64,000 bases of DNA from Parasitella parasitica NRRL 2501 (taxonomy: Eukaryota; Fungi; Mucoromycota), in contig MU619353.1 of the NCBI GenBank assembly GCA_025201805.1, positions 39,867-103,866 of the forward strand, in the 5' to 3' direction. Made by a program: the position numbers and the translations under genes. Positions 17,073 through 31,855 of the stretch are shown here, one piece after another (the first letter of the stretch is position 1; every line of letters starts with the position of its first letter). A model generated the notes under the pieces. The model made no database searches. It was not told where the DNA came from and saw only the letters and a list, made by a program, of their open reading frames with translations.

Positions 17073-18902
17073 CTACTTTCGCCATGAAAACTTTGTGTTG
17101 CCGTCATAGCGAAGTGAAAACGCTTCAATGCTACGCAAGTCTATCGATAAATCGAAAATATCCGACTTGGTCGTAGTTTTTGGATCCCATTCTTCGACCA
17201 TTTCTATAAATGAATTGCATGCATGGTGATGATATCTAATATAAAGGTTCTTTTTTGCCGTTCGGAGTGAAATATTGTATGTCAAATGTCTTGTCTCTTG
17301 GTTATTGAATGTGGTTATACCCGGCAGAAGTTCTTCAGTCTGATCAATGATTTCGATGCATACTTCTCTTATATCAGTACCAGGCATATAGATCAACTTA
17401 CGATTAGGCATAGAGGCGCAATGTATATTGAATTGCAAGGACAATTTTTCCAGGCCAGAAAAGTTGCTGCAAATATCCTGGGCTGCAAATCCAGCAGAAA
17501 AGTCAAAGTTCTTCAAACACAATTCACGAACGCTGGGAATAGAAAATTGGCCCTGGATAGGGACATTGTACTGACCACCAACGATAGTCAGTTTTTTTAC
17601 AATCTTGAATGCTTGTAATAAAGGAATGATACAGCCAACATAGTGCGTACGAGCTAAATCGGTTTGGAAATCAATGTACAATGAGGTTGCGACGGCAGCA
17701 AACTTGTGTAGATAGCGATTAATTTGATGTTCTCTTGCAGGTGTTGGAAGAGCGCGTATTTGAACATGATGTTGCTTGGATTTTCTTGAAAATGAATAGG
17801 TTATCGCATCCCGTAAGTCACTATGTCCTTGTAAGCTGTTACTGTCTACCAAGAAGCTGACGTCTGTTGTCCAGTCAGCCGTCGAGCCAGGCTTTGGCTT
17901 TGACATCCAGTTGGAAATGCAGCTGAGATATACAAGGTCAATAGATTCAGCAATAGCTTCCTGATGCATATTGCCGCAGCGAGAAATAATCTTGGCTTCC
18001 TTCAAACTACATAAAAGTTTGATTGTTGATGATAAAGCTTCCATATTGCCTGCACCAGTCAGTAATCTTGAGGTTGCGTTGTTGATATTGATAGTCAAGG
18101 ATTCTAGACAAGGAACATGGTGTAGGAATCTGTTCAAATCACTGAAGAAGAAAGCATAGTCGGTGGGAATGGTGATGGTAAGCGACTTCAAAGTGTGGTA
18201 TTTTGGCATTTTGACGGGATCCTCAGTTTGTAAGTCTTTTAATGTCAACAGTTCTAGCGACAGATGTTTAAGACCAGTATACAAACTAAAGACTGACATG
18301 ATACTGTTCATTGATGTGATCCTTTCCTTCAAAATGAGAGTCTCAAGGTGAGGAAGCTCTATTGGATATCTAATGTCTCCAGTCATATGGTTCAGAAAGG
18401 ATGCCGTACGAAATTCGGTTATTGATTGATGGTACGTCTTGATGCACTCTCGGTAGAAATGGGTGGCTTCTGTGGTGTTTGCTGGTATTGTTGCAAGTTT
18501 CTTGAATTCAAGTACATGGCGTAAAATGAAAAGAGCTTTCAAAACAACAGCTGCCGTGTCGCTATTGCTTGAAATGTGCTCTAAATTCGCACAACGTCTA
18601 AGAATTCGATACATGGATTTTTGTTTGGCGACAATGTCGGCAGCGTTGATCATCCGAGGCAGATCAAAGTGAATGTGCTGTACCAAGTGACCAAACAAGT
18701 TTAGGGCCTCCAACAGGAAATTCAAGTCTGTATGTTCTCTGATTGTGATTTTGTTGTAAAACCGTATAGTTGCTGGATAGTACCAAGCTTTGCAAACGCG
18801 CTTGCATTCTTTCATGTCGTCTGTCTCCAATAAAATACATATGCCGGTCAATATTTCTGCTGGGAGTTTTTGATTATTATAAAAAGTTCTCGTCGTGTTC
18901 AT
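17073..18902 (-). CDS. F-box protein with a degenerate LRR/RNI-like C-terminus, intronless
   Basis: N-terminal LPAEILTGICILL...CKRVCKAWY F-box signature; repeated LxxLxL units (LETLIL, LKHLSL, LKSLTI, LESLTI, LEKLSL); 609-aa ORF. Confidence 0.85.
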   Translation of the reverse strand: MNTTRTFYNNQKLPAEILTGICILLETDDMKECKRVCKAWYYPATIRFYNKITIREHTDLNFLLEALNLFGHLVQHIHFDLPRMINAADIVAKQKSMYRILRRCANLEHISSNSDTAAVVLKALFILRHVLEFKKLATIPANTTEATHFYRECIKTYHQSITEFRTASFLNHMTGDIRYPIELPHLETLILKERITSMNSIMSVFSLYTGLKHLSLELLTLKDLQTEDPVKMPKYHTLKSLTITIPTDYAFFFSDLNRFLHHVPCLESLTININNATSRLLTGAGNMEALSSTIKLLCSLKEAKIISRCGNMHQEAIAESIDLVYLSCISNWMSKPKPGSTADWTTDVSFLVDSNSLQGHSDLRDAITYSFSRKSKQHHVQIRALPTPAREHQINRYLHKFAAVATSLYIDFQTDLARTHYVGCIIPLLQAFKIVKKLTIVGGQYNVPIQGQFSIPSVRELCLKNFDFSAGFAAQDICSNFSGLEKLSLQFNIHCASMPNRKLIYMPGTDIREVCIEIIDQTEELLPGITTFNNQETRHLTYNISLRTAKKNLYIRYHHHACNSFIEMVEEWDPKTTTKSDIFDLSIDLRSIEAFSLRYDGNTKFSWRK

Positions 18903-19898
18903 TGCTTCCTTTTATCTGTAGTCAGGTACGTTCATATTGAAATTTAGACGGCCTTATATACATATTTACAGGATTGTCTCATGACAATGAGCAAAAGACC
19001 GATGATAAAGACCATGTCGTTTCCAATTGGCAACAACTATCATACCATCTTTTGAAATGAAGCAATAGCAGGCAATATATTTTATATAAATGTTATATTG
19101 TGTATAGCGTTCAATTTGGTAGATATTTTTATGAATATTTATAGTATATGAACGAGGATGTTAAGTTAAGAGGGCACCTGTATAAATTTCCTTGGGGATT
19201 TACGTATTACCGTATAAAACTAAATACGGTTGGCCCTAAGGACATTCAAAAAAGGAAGACATGTCATGGGAATAGAGCCATTGTTGTATGACACTGCTTT
19301 TCGACACATGGCGTATATACTGATTTTGCAATGCCTATTGTTTCAAATGCTCTGGATCACCAATTTGTAGACTTGTATAAGCTATTGTCACTCTATTCCG
19401 CTATGCAAGTAGATAAATACAATAAATCTCTAGAGCACGTGAATTAGTATCATACAGGAGCGCTCAATGTATTGAAACTCTGATCATGAGACATCCTTTA
19501 TAAGGCCACGCCAAATATCGTTTGAATTCGTCATTATGGTACAACACACATTTAATGGATCGACATTGAACATGTGCGCAGTGTACCCTAGTAATTAATC
19601 TGGTTTCTGTCGATAAAGCTATTGATGAAAAGCAGAGATACATACACTACGGCATCATGTTCAAAGAACAGTGTTTACAAATCAGCGTATGTTGTAGTTA
19701 ATAGTTGTAGCTTTTATCACAGAGCTAATTTTGAATGAGCGTAATTTTTTTTATTATTATTAAGGAATGAATAAAAATGAAAGGCATGAGTCACTGAAGG
19801 TCATAAACGAGAGTTCAAAGTTCATATAAAAAGAGGACATAATATTTTGTGTGCATAGTGGGAGCGATTATCCCAACTTGATTAATTCATAGAGTTGC

Positions 19899-21599
19899 TC
19901 AAAAAGCTAAAAAATAGACAGCAGTAATAGCTGCTATCATCAAATTTATGATGATCGCAGCGCTCATTGATGCAAATGACGAGAGACCGCCATCGTTAGC
20001 TAATGCATTCATAACGTCCACATCCAAAAATCCAAAGCCTGAAAATGACGCATTCATGGTAGCAGCTACGTTATAGCCGGTAGTGTTAACAGGAAAGGTG
20101 ATTAACAAGAGCTTTTTCTCTCGTGCAGAAGGTGCAATTGTTCCCCAAATCCAGTCGTCTGGACTGTAAGCGCCATCGACAGCGACTACTGTAGCGTTGA
20201 CGCCAATTGAAACGGAAAGAGACACATCCGTAATGTTGACAGAAGACTGATACTCTGAGCGGGCTTCCGTGTAATCACCGATAGATGCGCCGTAAGTAGT
20301 GTTGGTTTTGACTCGGTTCGCGACATCGAGGCTAGTTGTTGCGTTAACGTCAAAGCCGATTGGGGTCTCAGTTATGGCTGTTACTAGCTGAGTAACACCG
20401 AGACGGGCATTGGGGTGTGCGCGTGCTACGGCTGTAGGAAATCCCTCGACACTGAAATCATACTGGAGAGAATTTGGTTGCATAGGGATGGGTGCCGAGT
20501 TGTTCAGCTGCGAATTGCTGGTTCGATAGGTAATGCGAACCTTAAAGTTGGGATTATCAATGATGTTGTTATAGGCCACATTTGCACTGGTGCTAGTGTG
20601 AAGATAGGATTGAGTAGTGTTGCTAGGAATAGTGATATTCTGGACCTGGAATTGCTCCCACTGCAAATTCTTCAAGGAGGTCAAGGAATAAACAGACTCA
20701 AACTCGTCATATAAACCGTTTTGATTTGCATCATCAAATTCAATGATATGAGAGAATTGCAAGCGATAGACGAAATCAGCATTGCGAGCATTCAAGTCTG
20801 AAGAAGAAAAGAAAGCATGGTCAGCCATGGGATACTGATTGTTAGTGCTGATGTTGAAGGAATAGTGATAATTATCTCCGTCTCCAGAGTTCACTGTGCC
20901 ATTGATGACAACATTGCTACTGTAACTACCCTGCACAGTAAGCTGGGGTGCATAATAATAGCCATTATCTTGCTGGTAGCGATGATAAGTTGAGTCATAT
21001 CCATAATGCCAGTACGGTGGCAATATCCAAAAATAGGTTACGGATGGATTATAGTGTCCATTATAGCCATATCGTGAGCTTGAGCTATATCTGCCGGAAT
21101 AAGCAGGAGCATAATTTTGGTAATTACCTAAATAGAGACGGTCTGGTTAGATGGCACAGAACAAATGTACTCTATGTTGCTATGAATGAAATATACCTCT
21201 TGTGCTAGCATAATAGGTTGGAGGTGGTATACCAAAGCCTCCATTTCCGCCTTTTGATGATACACTTTTGGGGGTTGATCCAGAGCCTTTATAGTAAGTG
21301 TCAATGGGTGTGCTGAATTCGTTGCTTTTGTTAATCTACATACCTGCTACCATTCCGCCTTTTTTTCCACCAGACGACCCTCTTACAGAGGACCCTTTTC
21401 CACCGGATAAACTTTTTCCAGATGAACCACGTGTACTTCCTCCTCTGCCTCCTCCAACTCCTTTAGCAACAACAACTACACATAGAATACTCAGTAGATG
21501 CACAATATAATCATTTTGTGGTTTAAATATCATGTAAGAAAAAAACTTACAAAGAGTGCAGTACGTTAACACGATGGATGTTGACAGAATAAATTTCAT
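19899..21599 (-). CDS. Secreted, probably GPI-anchored or C-terminally anchored surface protein of unknown function, four exons
   Basis: ATG at 21599 with a hydrophobic leader (MKFILSTSIVLTYCTL/VVVAKG). G/S/K/R-rich then Y/G/P-rich exons splice in frame into ORF 19899-21023. Many N-x-S/T sites; hydrophobic C-terminus AAIIINLMIAAITAVYFLAF*. Confidence 0.8.
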
Positions 21600-22742
21600 T
21601 TGACAAGCTTTCAATAAATATCTTGGACAGACAGCAATCAGGAAAAAAAGTTCGCACATTTATATACCATTTTGTCTAGCCAAATAGCAAGCTGATTTGT
21701 GTTCCTGAGCGTGTAGGTCCCAAGTCTTGTAAAGCCATCTCTTGTGATCAACATTGTGAATGCTTTTTGACAGGTGGGTACTACAGCGCCACAACCCTAA
21801 TACATTATTTTAGCTTCAGCTTAGTAAGGGTTACAGTATTTGGCTTAGCAAATGACGGTATTGTCCATGGTAAGAAACCCCAAGTTTGTGGTCATTGTGA
21901 TCTACTGATTGTGGGTGTGTGGCTGGATTCATGGATAAGGACGCACGAGACTCTCATCATTTTCCAAAAGTGGACAGTTGGAATGACTTGATTGTTCAGA
22001 GAAATACCTCTGAGCGCTAACAACGCATGTACATTGGTTTGGCATGGATACTGTGTCATATGCCAGTGAATTGCTGCATCTTTCTTTTTGTTGTGATCAT
22101 TACTGCTGCCAAGTACTCGGATTCTATTATTACAAATGGTCTGACTCTTACACCACAGAAAAGTGTAAAAATGAGAATGTTCCATACATGTGTCTGGCTG
22201 ATGGATGGAACGACATTCACTGCAAAGTGGACAGAATGGCATGAAATTAGACTGTACACTGTAGGGCAGTGTAAGAGAAGAAAGATTGGCGGAAGCTGGT
22301 CGTTTAAGTCTTTTTTTTTTTCAACCAAGTGAAATGATCAGAGGATATTTTGTAATATGGATTCTTTCAAACAAAGTTGGTTCAATTTTGACAGAGATGT
22401 AGCATGATTTAACCCTTTATTGGATCTGAATAGACGAGTATTTACATGTGTTGGTAAGGTAAACGAAGACGGTGCTCCTGTAGCTTTTGTGATTATGCAA
22501 AGTATGATATTTGATTGTTGCAAATTGGAAAGGCTATCATCTATGACTATAATACCTTGATATCTTCACAAGAGCATTCCACATTCATTTTGACAACTGT
22601 CACTGGCCAATTGAAGCTTCCTGGCTGGTGAAACCTTTTATGGAAATTTTTTGTCTAGTTATACCTACAACGCTAGGCTGCTCTCTTTTTTCCTTTTCTT
22701 TTTTCTTTCTTTACGCTTTGCAAGTTAATGAACACTAACAGA

Positions 22743-24114
<1,372 letters not shown>

Positions 24115-24399
24115 AATACCCATTCTTGATTAAAGTATTACTTGAAAATTCATTGCGGAAATGGACGCTTATTTTGAATGTTGTTGTTGTTGTTGGGGGG
24201 GGGGGTTTTGCAGAACCTACAATATAGCACTAGATTGCTCACCATTTTGAGCATTGATTGCTATCCTTTGAGAGGCTACTTCAGTCACGAATTACACAAG
24301 TAGTGGTGTTCCACGTCATGTTGGGAATGTTTTTTTTTGAAAAAAAAAAAAAAAAAAAAAAAGTTTCATAGAGTGCTGCTTCTCTTGGTTAATTTCAAT

Positions 24400-25151
24400 A
24401 TGGCTGTCGATTCACAAAAGCAACCAGTTCAACCTCGTGATGCACGCATTGTGTCTCTTATCCTGCAATCATTGGGCGTGGAAGACTACGACCCGAAAGT
24501 TGTACATCAATTGCTCGAATTTGCACATCGTAAAGTGATTATTTCGACATTTGCATGCGCAAACATTAACTAAAAATGTCTCGACCAACAGGATATACAT
24601 CAGACGTATTCCAAGACTCGCTCATCTATGCTGAGCATGCGGGTAAAACAGACTTGGATCTAGATGATATTCAGTTGGCAATACAGGGACGCGTAAATCA
24701 TTCCTTCACCACACCGCCGCCGAAAGAGGTATGATATCTCTACGACTGCTGCTTTGCAACGTTTTATTAACGAATGCCCAGTTTTTGTTGGAGCTGGCAC
24801 AAGAGAAAAACAAGCAGCCATTACCGCTAATTCCAGAGAAATACGGCATTCGGTTACCAGCAGACAAGCATTGCTTGACAGGAATTAACTTTTCGATTGT
24901 GCCTGATGTTAGTATCTTTGGTTAGCGTTAAAGTAGAGTTGCTTTTTTCTCAGCCCATTATATAGGCACCACCACCACCCAGGCCCGCATTAGATACGTC
25001 TAGCTCCATGATGGTAGACACGCAGGAAACATTAGCGGATTTTGAGCCAGTAGCAATATCTTCATCACAGCCAACAGCAGCAACATCGACTCTGAACGAA
25101 CCAAATAAGCGTGGACGGGACGTCATGGAAGACGATGATTATGATTTTTAG
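24400..25151 (+). CDS. TAF9: TFIID/SAGA subunit TAF9, four exons
   Basis: PRDARIVSLILQSLGVEDYDPKVVHQLLEFAHRYTSDVFQD...PPPKEFLLELAQEKNKQPLP...GIRLP histone fold; acidic tail EDDDYDF*. Confidence 0.95.
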
Positions 25152-25204
25152 CACGGGTTATTATATGTAAATAAAAAAAAAAAACGCATTTATTACAGAA
25201 ACAT

Positions 25205-26300
25205 CTATTTTTTGGGATAATATACAGCACCTCTACAGTTACCCGAACGAAGGACATCAGTAATTATGTAATCGCTACGACCTTTGACATAGAAATTGAG
25301 CGACACTTCCGAAAGAGCGCCATTGCGACAATCCAGCTTGACATTGGCGCCGTAGGCAGTTTTCAATGCATCGCGAATAGTTTCAACATTATATGTGTTT
25401 CCAGGAGAGACACCTTTTAAACTATACAAACAAAAAAAGGTCAGATGTCGCCCGTCATGACAGGATCCTGCAGCATTATTACTTGAGAGCACCAAAGAGA
25501 TCAAACTTGTCGCGCAGATCAAGCACTTGCTACACATGGATGGAAAAAAAAAAGAAAAAGGAAAAAACACCATAAGCACACAATCCCATTGCATTTCAGT
25601 TCTGATTGCTGCATCTTACCACAAAATAGTCAATCACATCTTGGTATTTTTCATAGGTCGAGCCGTAACAAGTTGGACGCAAGGTACTGACACACGTGCC
25701 GTGTTTTGTCCATTCATGTGACCAAAACCTGATAAACAAGCGTTAGCGACACTAGGATAAAGTTAACGGTATGTCCGTTGATCTATACGTGCCAGTTGTT
25801 GTCTCCTTTGTTACTAGGCCAGAATGTAGACATTCTATTATAAACAGTTTGATTCATGTTTCGAACAATAGAAGCAATCTGGTTGGAGTTTCGGCTGGAG
25901 TCGCAACCGCGGCCGGGAGCCATGCGACCAGTACTGCAAAGATGTGAATACATTTACAACGGTATATTCTCATACGACTTACCACGTATCAGGCCATAGG
26001 CCTATTTCAAATCAAAACACTGTTAGTATGCTTTTATCTATGAAAAAAAAAAAAAAAATCATGCTCTTGTATACCGTGAATAGTAAACTCGTCATTAGGA
26101 CCCCATCCGGGAGCCCACTGAAGAGCAAGAACTACCAAGCCAAACTTGGGCGAGCAGCATGCATCGACAGCACCAGACCAATGGCATGAAACTGTCGACG
26201 CATTGCAGTAACTGGGCGCATTCAATTCATCTAGTTGATTAGCAGTGATTTGCGCACTGCTAACTCCTAACAGTGTGATAAAGGGTAAAAGAAATTTCAT
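25205..26300 (-). CDS. Secreted ribonuclease T2 (RNase Rh-like), six exons
   Basis: Signal peptide [16 protein letters not shown]; after splicing, CAS I FTIHGLWPD and [17 protein letters not shown]. Confidence 0.95.
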
Positions 26301-26603
26301 TTTTGTTTATATGAAATACAAAGAAGAAGAAGAAACGAATAAGAAATGATAAGGAAATTTACCATTTTGTTTCATAATATTTAGAATGGAGATTTCTTTC
26401 TTTTGAATTGTGATACACACTTCATGCGCTATTATGGGTACTCATTAAATAAAGCACATACAAATGACAGGCTACTTTTTTTTTTTTTTTACATTTCTAC
26501 ATTTTATATCACATTTTTTGGTCGTATACTGATCTGGCCAAGTGCTCTAGTTTTGTCAGTTCCATCAGTCCGTTGATGTTTGTATTTATTAATTCAGGCT
26601 GAT

Positions 26604-29600
26604 TTAACCAGAAGGCTTTTGCCGTGTTGTATCGTACATTCGGATAATCCTTGACTGATCGCTTTCATTTTGCGCAAAAGCAAAGCCTCTGGATTGTTTG
26701 AGTCTCTGAATTTTGCGCACTTTGTTGACTGCACGACGGAATCTATCCATGCGAGGTCTATAATCTGGGAAATTATATTTTTGAATCTCTTGAATGTAAT
26801 GATAACTCTGAGGGCGATACATGCGTTTCGTACTTTTTCAAAACGATTAGTCTTTGCGGGTAACTCAAATTCACACACTGTAGTGTGAAAAAAAAAAAAA
26901 ACTTACTATTTCCAGACGTAATCACGCAAGACACATGCAAAAGGCACGACGACGAAAAACAACCAGAAATTGACGTTACCAAATAACAATGGCACAATTC
27001 CATAGTATTCTTCAAAGATATCCCAGGGCAACAATGGTCCTACATAAGCAACCAAAGGTAAAAAGATGAACCAGATTACCAAGGATCCAGGTATAGCGAT
27101 AAAGGTGTATTTTGTCCAGATACTGCAGCGCAATTTAGTATGTTTATATTTTACTACGATTGCATCTATACGGTACTTACTCTGTAATCAATGCTGCTTT
27201 CCACAATATAGTGGCAAGCGTAGCAGTAAATATAGTTGTACCGACCCACCATTGACCTCCCATATAACCTGCCTCAAAGACGGTGTCGTCTACAAAAGCC
27301 GCCATACCGACAAAGTAAAGTAATGCAGAGTGATACACTGCGTTGGCAATCCAGCCCCAAAATCTCTTTTGATTAAAAAACTCATTTTTTTGCCCAAGGA
27401 TGTACATTTGAGGATATTTATCCAGTAAACGTGCAGATGCAAACTGATCAAACACGCCAATGGCCATGGGAGGTAAGAGCGTGAAAAAGACATTGAAGCA
27501 AGACATTGTCCATGATTCGTACAAGGTTTGGCCCGAGAAACCGTTAAAGATAGCATACTACGTATGTTATATGCATGCGCTGGTGTCAGTCTTTTTTTTT
27601 TGTATATGGTAGAATACAATTAACTTACCCAGAACTGTGTCAAGTACATGGCCACATTCTTGTAAAAGTAGAAAAAGATCATCTTGCTCAATCGCTGGTA
27701 CGCCCAAGAGCCATGGACAAGCAATAGCTTCTTCAAGAACCTGAATTGTGATATAGCAAAATCAGCGCTGCGAGCAGCTTGCAAACCTTCAACGCCGCTG
27801 ATGCCAATGCCAACATGGGCTGCTTGGATCATGGATACATCGTTGGCTCCATCGCCGATAGCCAAAAGAATAGATTTGGAAAACTTCTTGACCATTTTGA
27901 CGACCAGTGCCTTTTGCAGTGGGGACACACGGCAGCAAATAACAGCTTTACAGCGAGTAGCCAAGTCGTAAAATGTTTTTTCCAAGTCTTTTTCCAGAGC
28001 AAATGTCAAAGCTTTGCCTTCAATAATAAAAGCAAAGGGCTATATATATATATATACATATATAGATTAGAGATGCATATTGTAGATACAAGTCAACTGC
28101 TTACATCGTGTGTCATATGCTCAGACAGACTGACGACATGAGCGAGCTTGTCTTGTAGAAATGCCTGTGTAGATGCATGGTCCTCTTGATCACAAATAAT
28201 AAGGTCCATCTCCTCTGTTAATAACTTGCAACTGTATCCGATATTAACAGCGGTTTCTTGTCGATCCCCAGTCAGCACCCATATCTTGATGTTGGCTTCG
28301 TGCAGGGTATGAATAGTATCTGGAACTCCATCTTGTAGTTTATCCTCAATAGCGGTTGCCCCCAGCAAAGACATATCCTTTTCAATCAACTCTGCAGCGT
28401 TATCTAATCCCTGGGCACGGTCTACCAGTGTTGTTGCCGCTTTGTCGTAAATTGCAGCCCATTTTGCGTATTCGTCATCAGAGATTTCGCGCATAGCAAA
28501 GCACAAGGTACGTAAACCTTCACAAGCGTAGCCCTCTAAATGTTGCAAAGTCGACTCAACAAAAGGATTATCGTTGGACAAGCGCTCCAAGATCACAGTG
28601 TCGGCGCCTTTGCAGTACAATTTCACTCTACCATCCGGACCTCGTAAAACTACAGACATGCGCTTACGAGTTGAATTAAACTCGCAGACATTTAGGATTT
28701 GATATTCCTCCTCAACGTCTTTGCGCAAACATGTGATGGAATGGGGCTTACGAGCTGTAAATTTGTATCCAAAAACATCACTGGCACCGTTAACCAATGC
28801 AGCCTCGTCCGGCGATGATGCTTGGTATATGACTTTTCCATCTTTTTCGCTGAATTCAGGGATTACAGTGTGACATACCATGAGCGAAGTCAAAAATTCG
28901 TTGATTACATGCTGATCTGGCGATGTTTCCAAGTGTGTTTCTAATTGTTGAAAGGAGTACTGTCCATTTGAATCGTTGTCAGAAATAGGTCGTTTATCTG
29001 GGTCGGGCGTAGTTGCATAGGATAATCCGCTTATTGAGCACTGGCGAAATTCCATTTCATTGCACGTAAGAGTGCCTGTTTTATCAGAAAACACATACTC
29101 AACTTGGCCCAATTCTTCAATCAAACTACTGCTCCTGGCTACTGCTGGTGTGTCGGTTTTTTCGTAATAAATATCGAGATCGTTATCGATCATAGTTGCT
29201 TGAATGTACTTTACAATCTCCATAGTAACCATCAAACTGCAGATAACTGTTAGCAATGAAAAAGGTACTACAACTTGGTTTATTGTTACCTGATGGGGAT
29301 GAAACTGTTGAATAGGATCATGAATGTCAAGATATTCAGGCCAAATTCTTTACCCAGTTCAGCATCAGGAATCATCATATAATCTCTGTAACCACCGTCC
29401 TTTTTCTATCGAAAAGATGTCAGTATACATCATGCGAGAGTGCAAACACATGTATATAAAAAAAAACTTACAGATATGAAATAATTACCCACAGAGCATA
29501 ACACACTCATGGTGACCAACATTGCAAACAGATATAAAATGTTTCTGTTTGTAATTCGAGTAACATTGGAAGCTTTTGTTGGTTTTTTGCTTGAATTTAG

Positions 29601-31030
29601 CATCAGTTTGGTTTCATGTCCAGTGAATACAACCAAACCGTAGATCCAACTTGTGTTCCTCAACTGCGCACCCCTTAGCAATAACATGCTAGGATCCAAC
29701 GGATAATCCTTGGGCTTACCACTTCCCGTTGAATGATTTGCTATGGTTAACGTGCCGTCGTAGTTGTAAAGCCGATTGTTGGGTTGCTCTGATTTTATGA
29801 TGCCAGACATGGTGGATATTTGTGCTGGTGAAGTATGCACAGCTGTCTCTGGTAAAGCTTGTTTGATCTTAAGATTGACTTCGCCGTCCAAATTGCTGGT
29901 TTCAATGTAGCAAAGGCCCTCAGGTTCGGAGCTGCTCAAAAGTATTAAATCTGCAGGAAAGAATTGAGAGTTTTCTACACGGCAAATATCGCCTACTCTG
30001 AGATCTCGCCATGGTTTGTCGATAAATTGTGATCCATCATATATTTTGCAATTGCTTGAATTTAATTCTCGGTCAGATTTGTGAACCCCCTATTATAAAA
30101 CTTTGTTTAGTCGATTTCCATCTCCATGTATATTATATAACTTTACAAAGTCCTCGATAATTTCTTTGATAGCAGTGATGAGCAATACGATGACCAGAGG
30201 CACTAGAGTGGTGTATTTTGATGTAGGTGATATATTCGGAATTTGCTAAACAAGGAAAGGATATCAATACGAGACACTAATTTGCTTAAATTACAACTCT
30301 AAAAGCTCACTTGAATCCCGGAAATGAACAAAAAGAACACATTTGCAGATTTGCTAAATTCCTCGTACAAAAATTTGGGTAGAAATGTGAATAGATTATA
30401 TTTCGCCGTCGACACTGAATTCGACATGAATTTTTGCTGTCTGTTTAGCTCTTTGTTGTTTATGTGGATGATTCGTGGTAGCCCATCTGTCATGCCATTC
30501 CCTCGGCGGAATAGGCCGTTTATTGTGTCTTTCAGACTCTTTCGAGGTGGTTTATTTTGTCTTTCCTTCATGGCTGAGCGTCGAAAATCTAATTGATGTG
30601 AATTCTTTGCTGCATACGTCTCTTTTGCGTCGTTTGCGACAATTGGCTGCTCCAACATTTCAGTCAATTCATCTGCAGGGTACACATGATTGTTGAGCGA
30701 CGAGAATGAGTAATCAGGTATGAAAATTTTGGTGCCATCATGTCCAGGTCGAGTTCCAGCTTCGTTGTTGAGTAGCCCTAAACCTTCCTCAAAATCTTCT
30801 GGCATGGTCCGGCCACCGTCTGAAGAATCTGCTTTCTATACATGTAAGCCTTCGGATTCATGGGCAGCACACATTTCGAATATCGTACCTGTGTCAAAAG
30901 ATCGCATTGTTGTAATGGGCGGTTTTGATTGAAATTGGGTATCCTGGTCTCCTTGAAGTTGTCGCTGTTGATAATAAAACGAAGTGGAAGTGGAGGAAGA
31001 CGGATGCGGATGGTTTGGATCAGCACTCAT
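26604..31030 (-). CDS. DRS2: P4-ATPase phospholipid flippase, Drs2/ATP8A type, multi-exon
   Basis: [32 protein letters not shown], phosphorylation site [38 protein letters not shown]-terminal RGFAFAQ autoinhibitory-type motif. Start codon at 31030 is tentative. Confidence 0.93.
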
Positions 31031-31216
31031 ATGTAAAAAGTATTAGTAGTTTGATAAAATATACAGTACAGTACTTCAAGAAGGTAAAAGAATACTGTTT
31101 ATCGGTTGAAATTTCAAGAATATCAATGTAAGGAAGAAAAAAGGCTTTAATTATGATTTATCGAATCCAGGCCCTTAAAAAGTATAGTGATTATATTTAT
31201 ATCTACTGGATACACC

Positions 31217-31247
<31 letters not shown>

Positions 31248-31855
31248 CTGAAGCCTGATTGAGTTGCAATGTCCAGAATCATCTAAATATGTCAATTAAT
31301 ACAAAAAGGCCGGTGCTCGCTTAAAAATGTGTCTTTGGTGCATTGGATGCTCATTGTAATCCACGAATCCTGGTTTTATTCTTCTCATCGTGTCAATGGA
31401 ACCATCATAACGAGATGTTTCTGGCTTTTAATTCTAGAGGAATCCAGAAGCTTTCACAGCTCAGTGAGAGGTATGTCTCCAATGATATTGCCTAAAGTAT
31501 GGAGTTTAACAGCCGTCTAAAGGTAATGAGTTAGTTCATAATCTAGCCTAAAATTTGAGTTTGATGAGCTATACAGGAACTTTTAATACTCCCCAGGAAC
31601 CGCATTTATCAAGATTATATACAGGCCACCAGCATTAATGGAATACCGGAAACTTGTGAAGTCAACTTTATTAAGAATAGGTTATTAGATGAAGCCAGAA
31701 TCTTGGTATATAAGCATGAAAAGCCAAGCTCATCATACGCCTGCTCTGTCAGATCAACATGAAATTCACACAGAAATAAATTTTTTGATTAATTATACTA
31801 ACCAATGATGCAGTAGCTAATTAACAGAATCTTGGCATGGGAGCAGCTTCTCCAG

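Noticed and set aside
21767-22523. Cluster of short overlapping ORFs between the surface-protein gene and ECT1
   Set aside because: No recognisable motifs, coding bias or coherent splice pattern; treated as intergenic. The same holds for 4295-6751, 13600-13863, 31329-31520 and 45581-45978.
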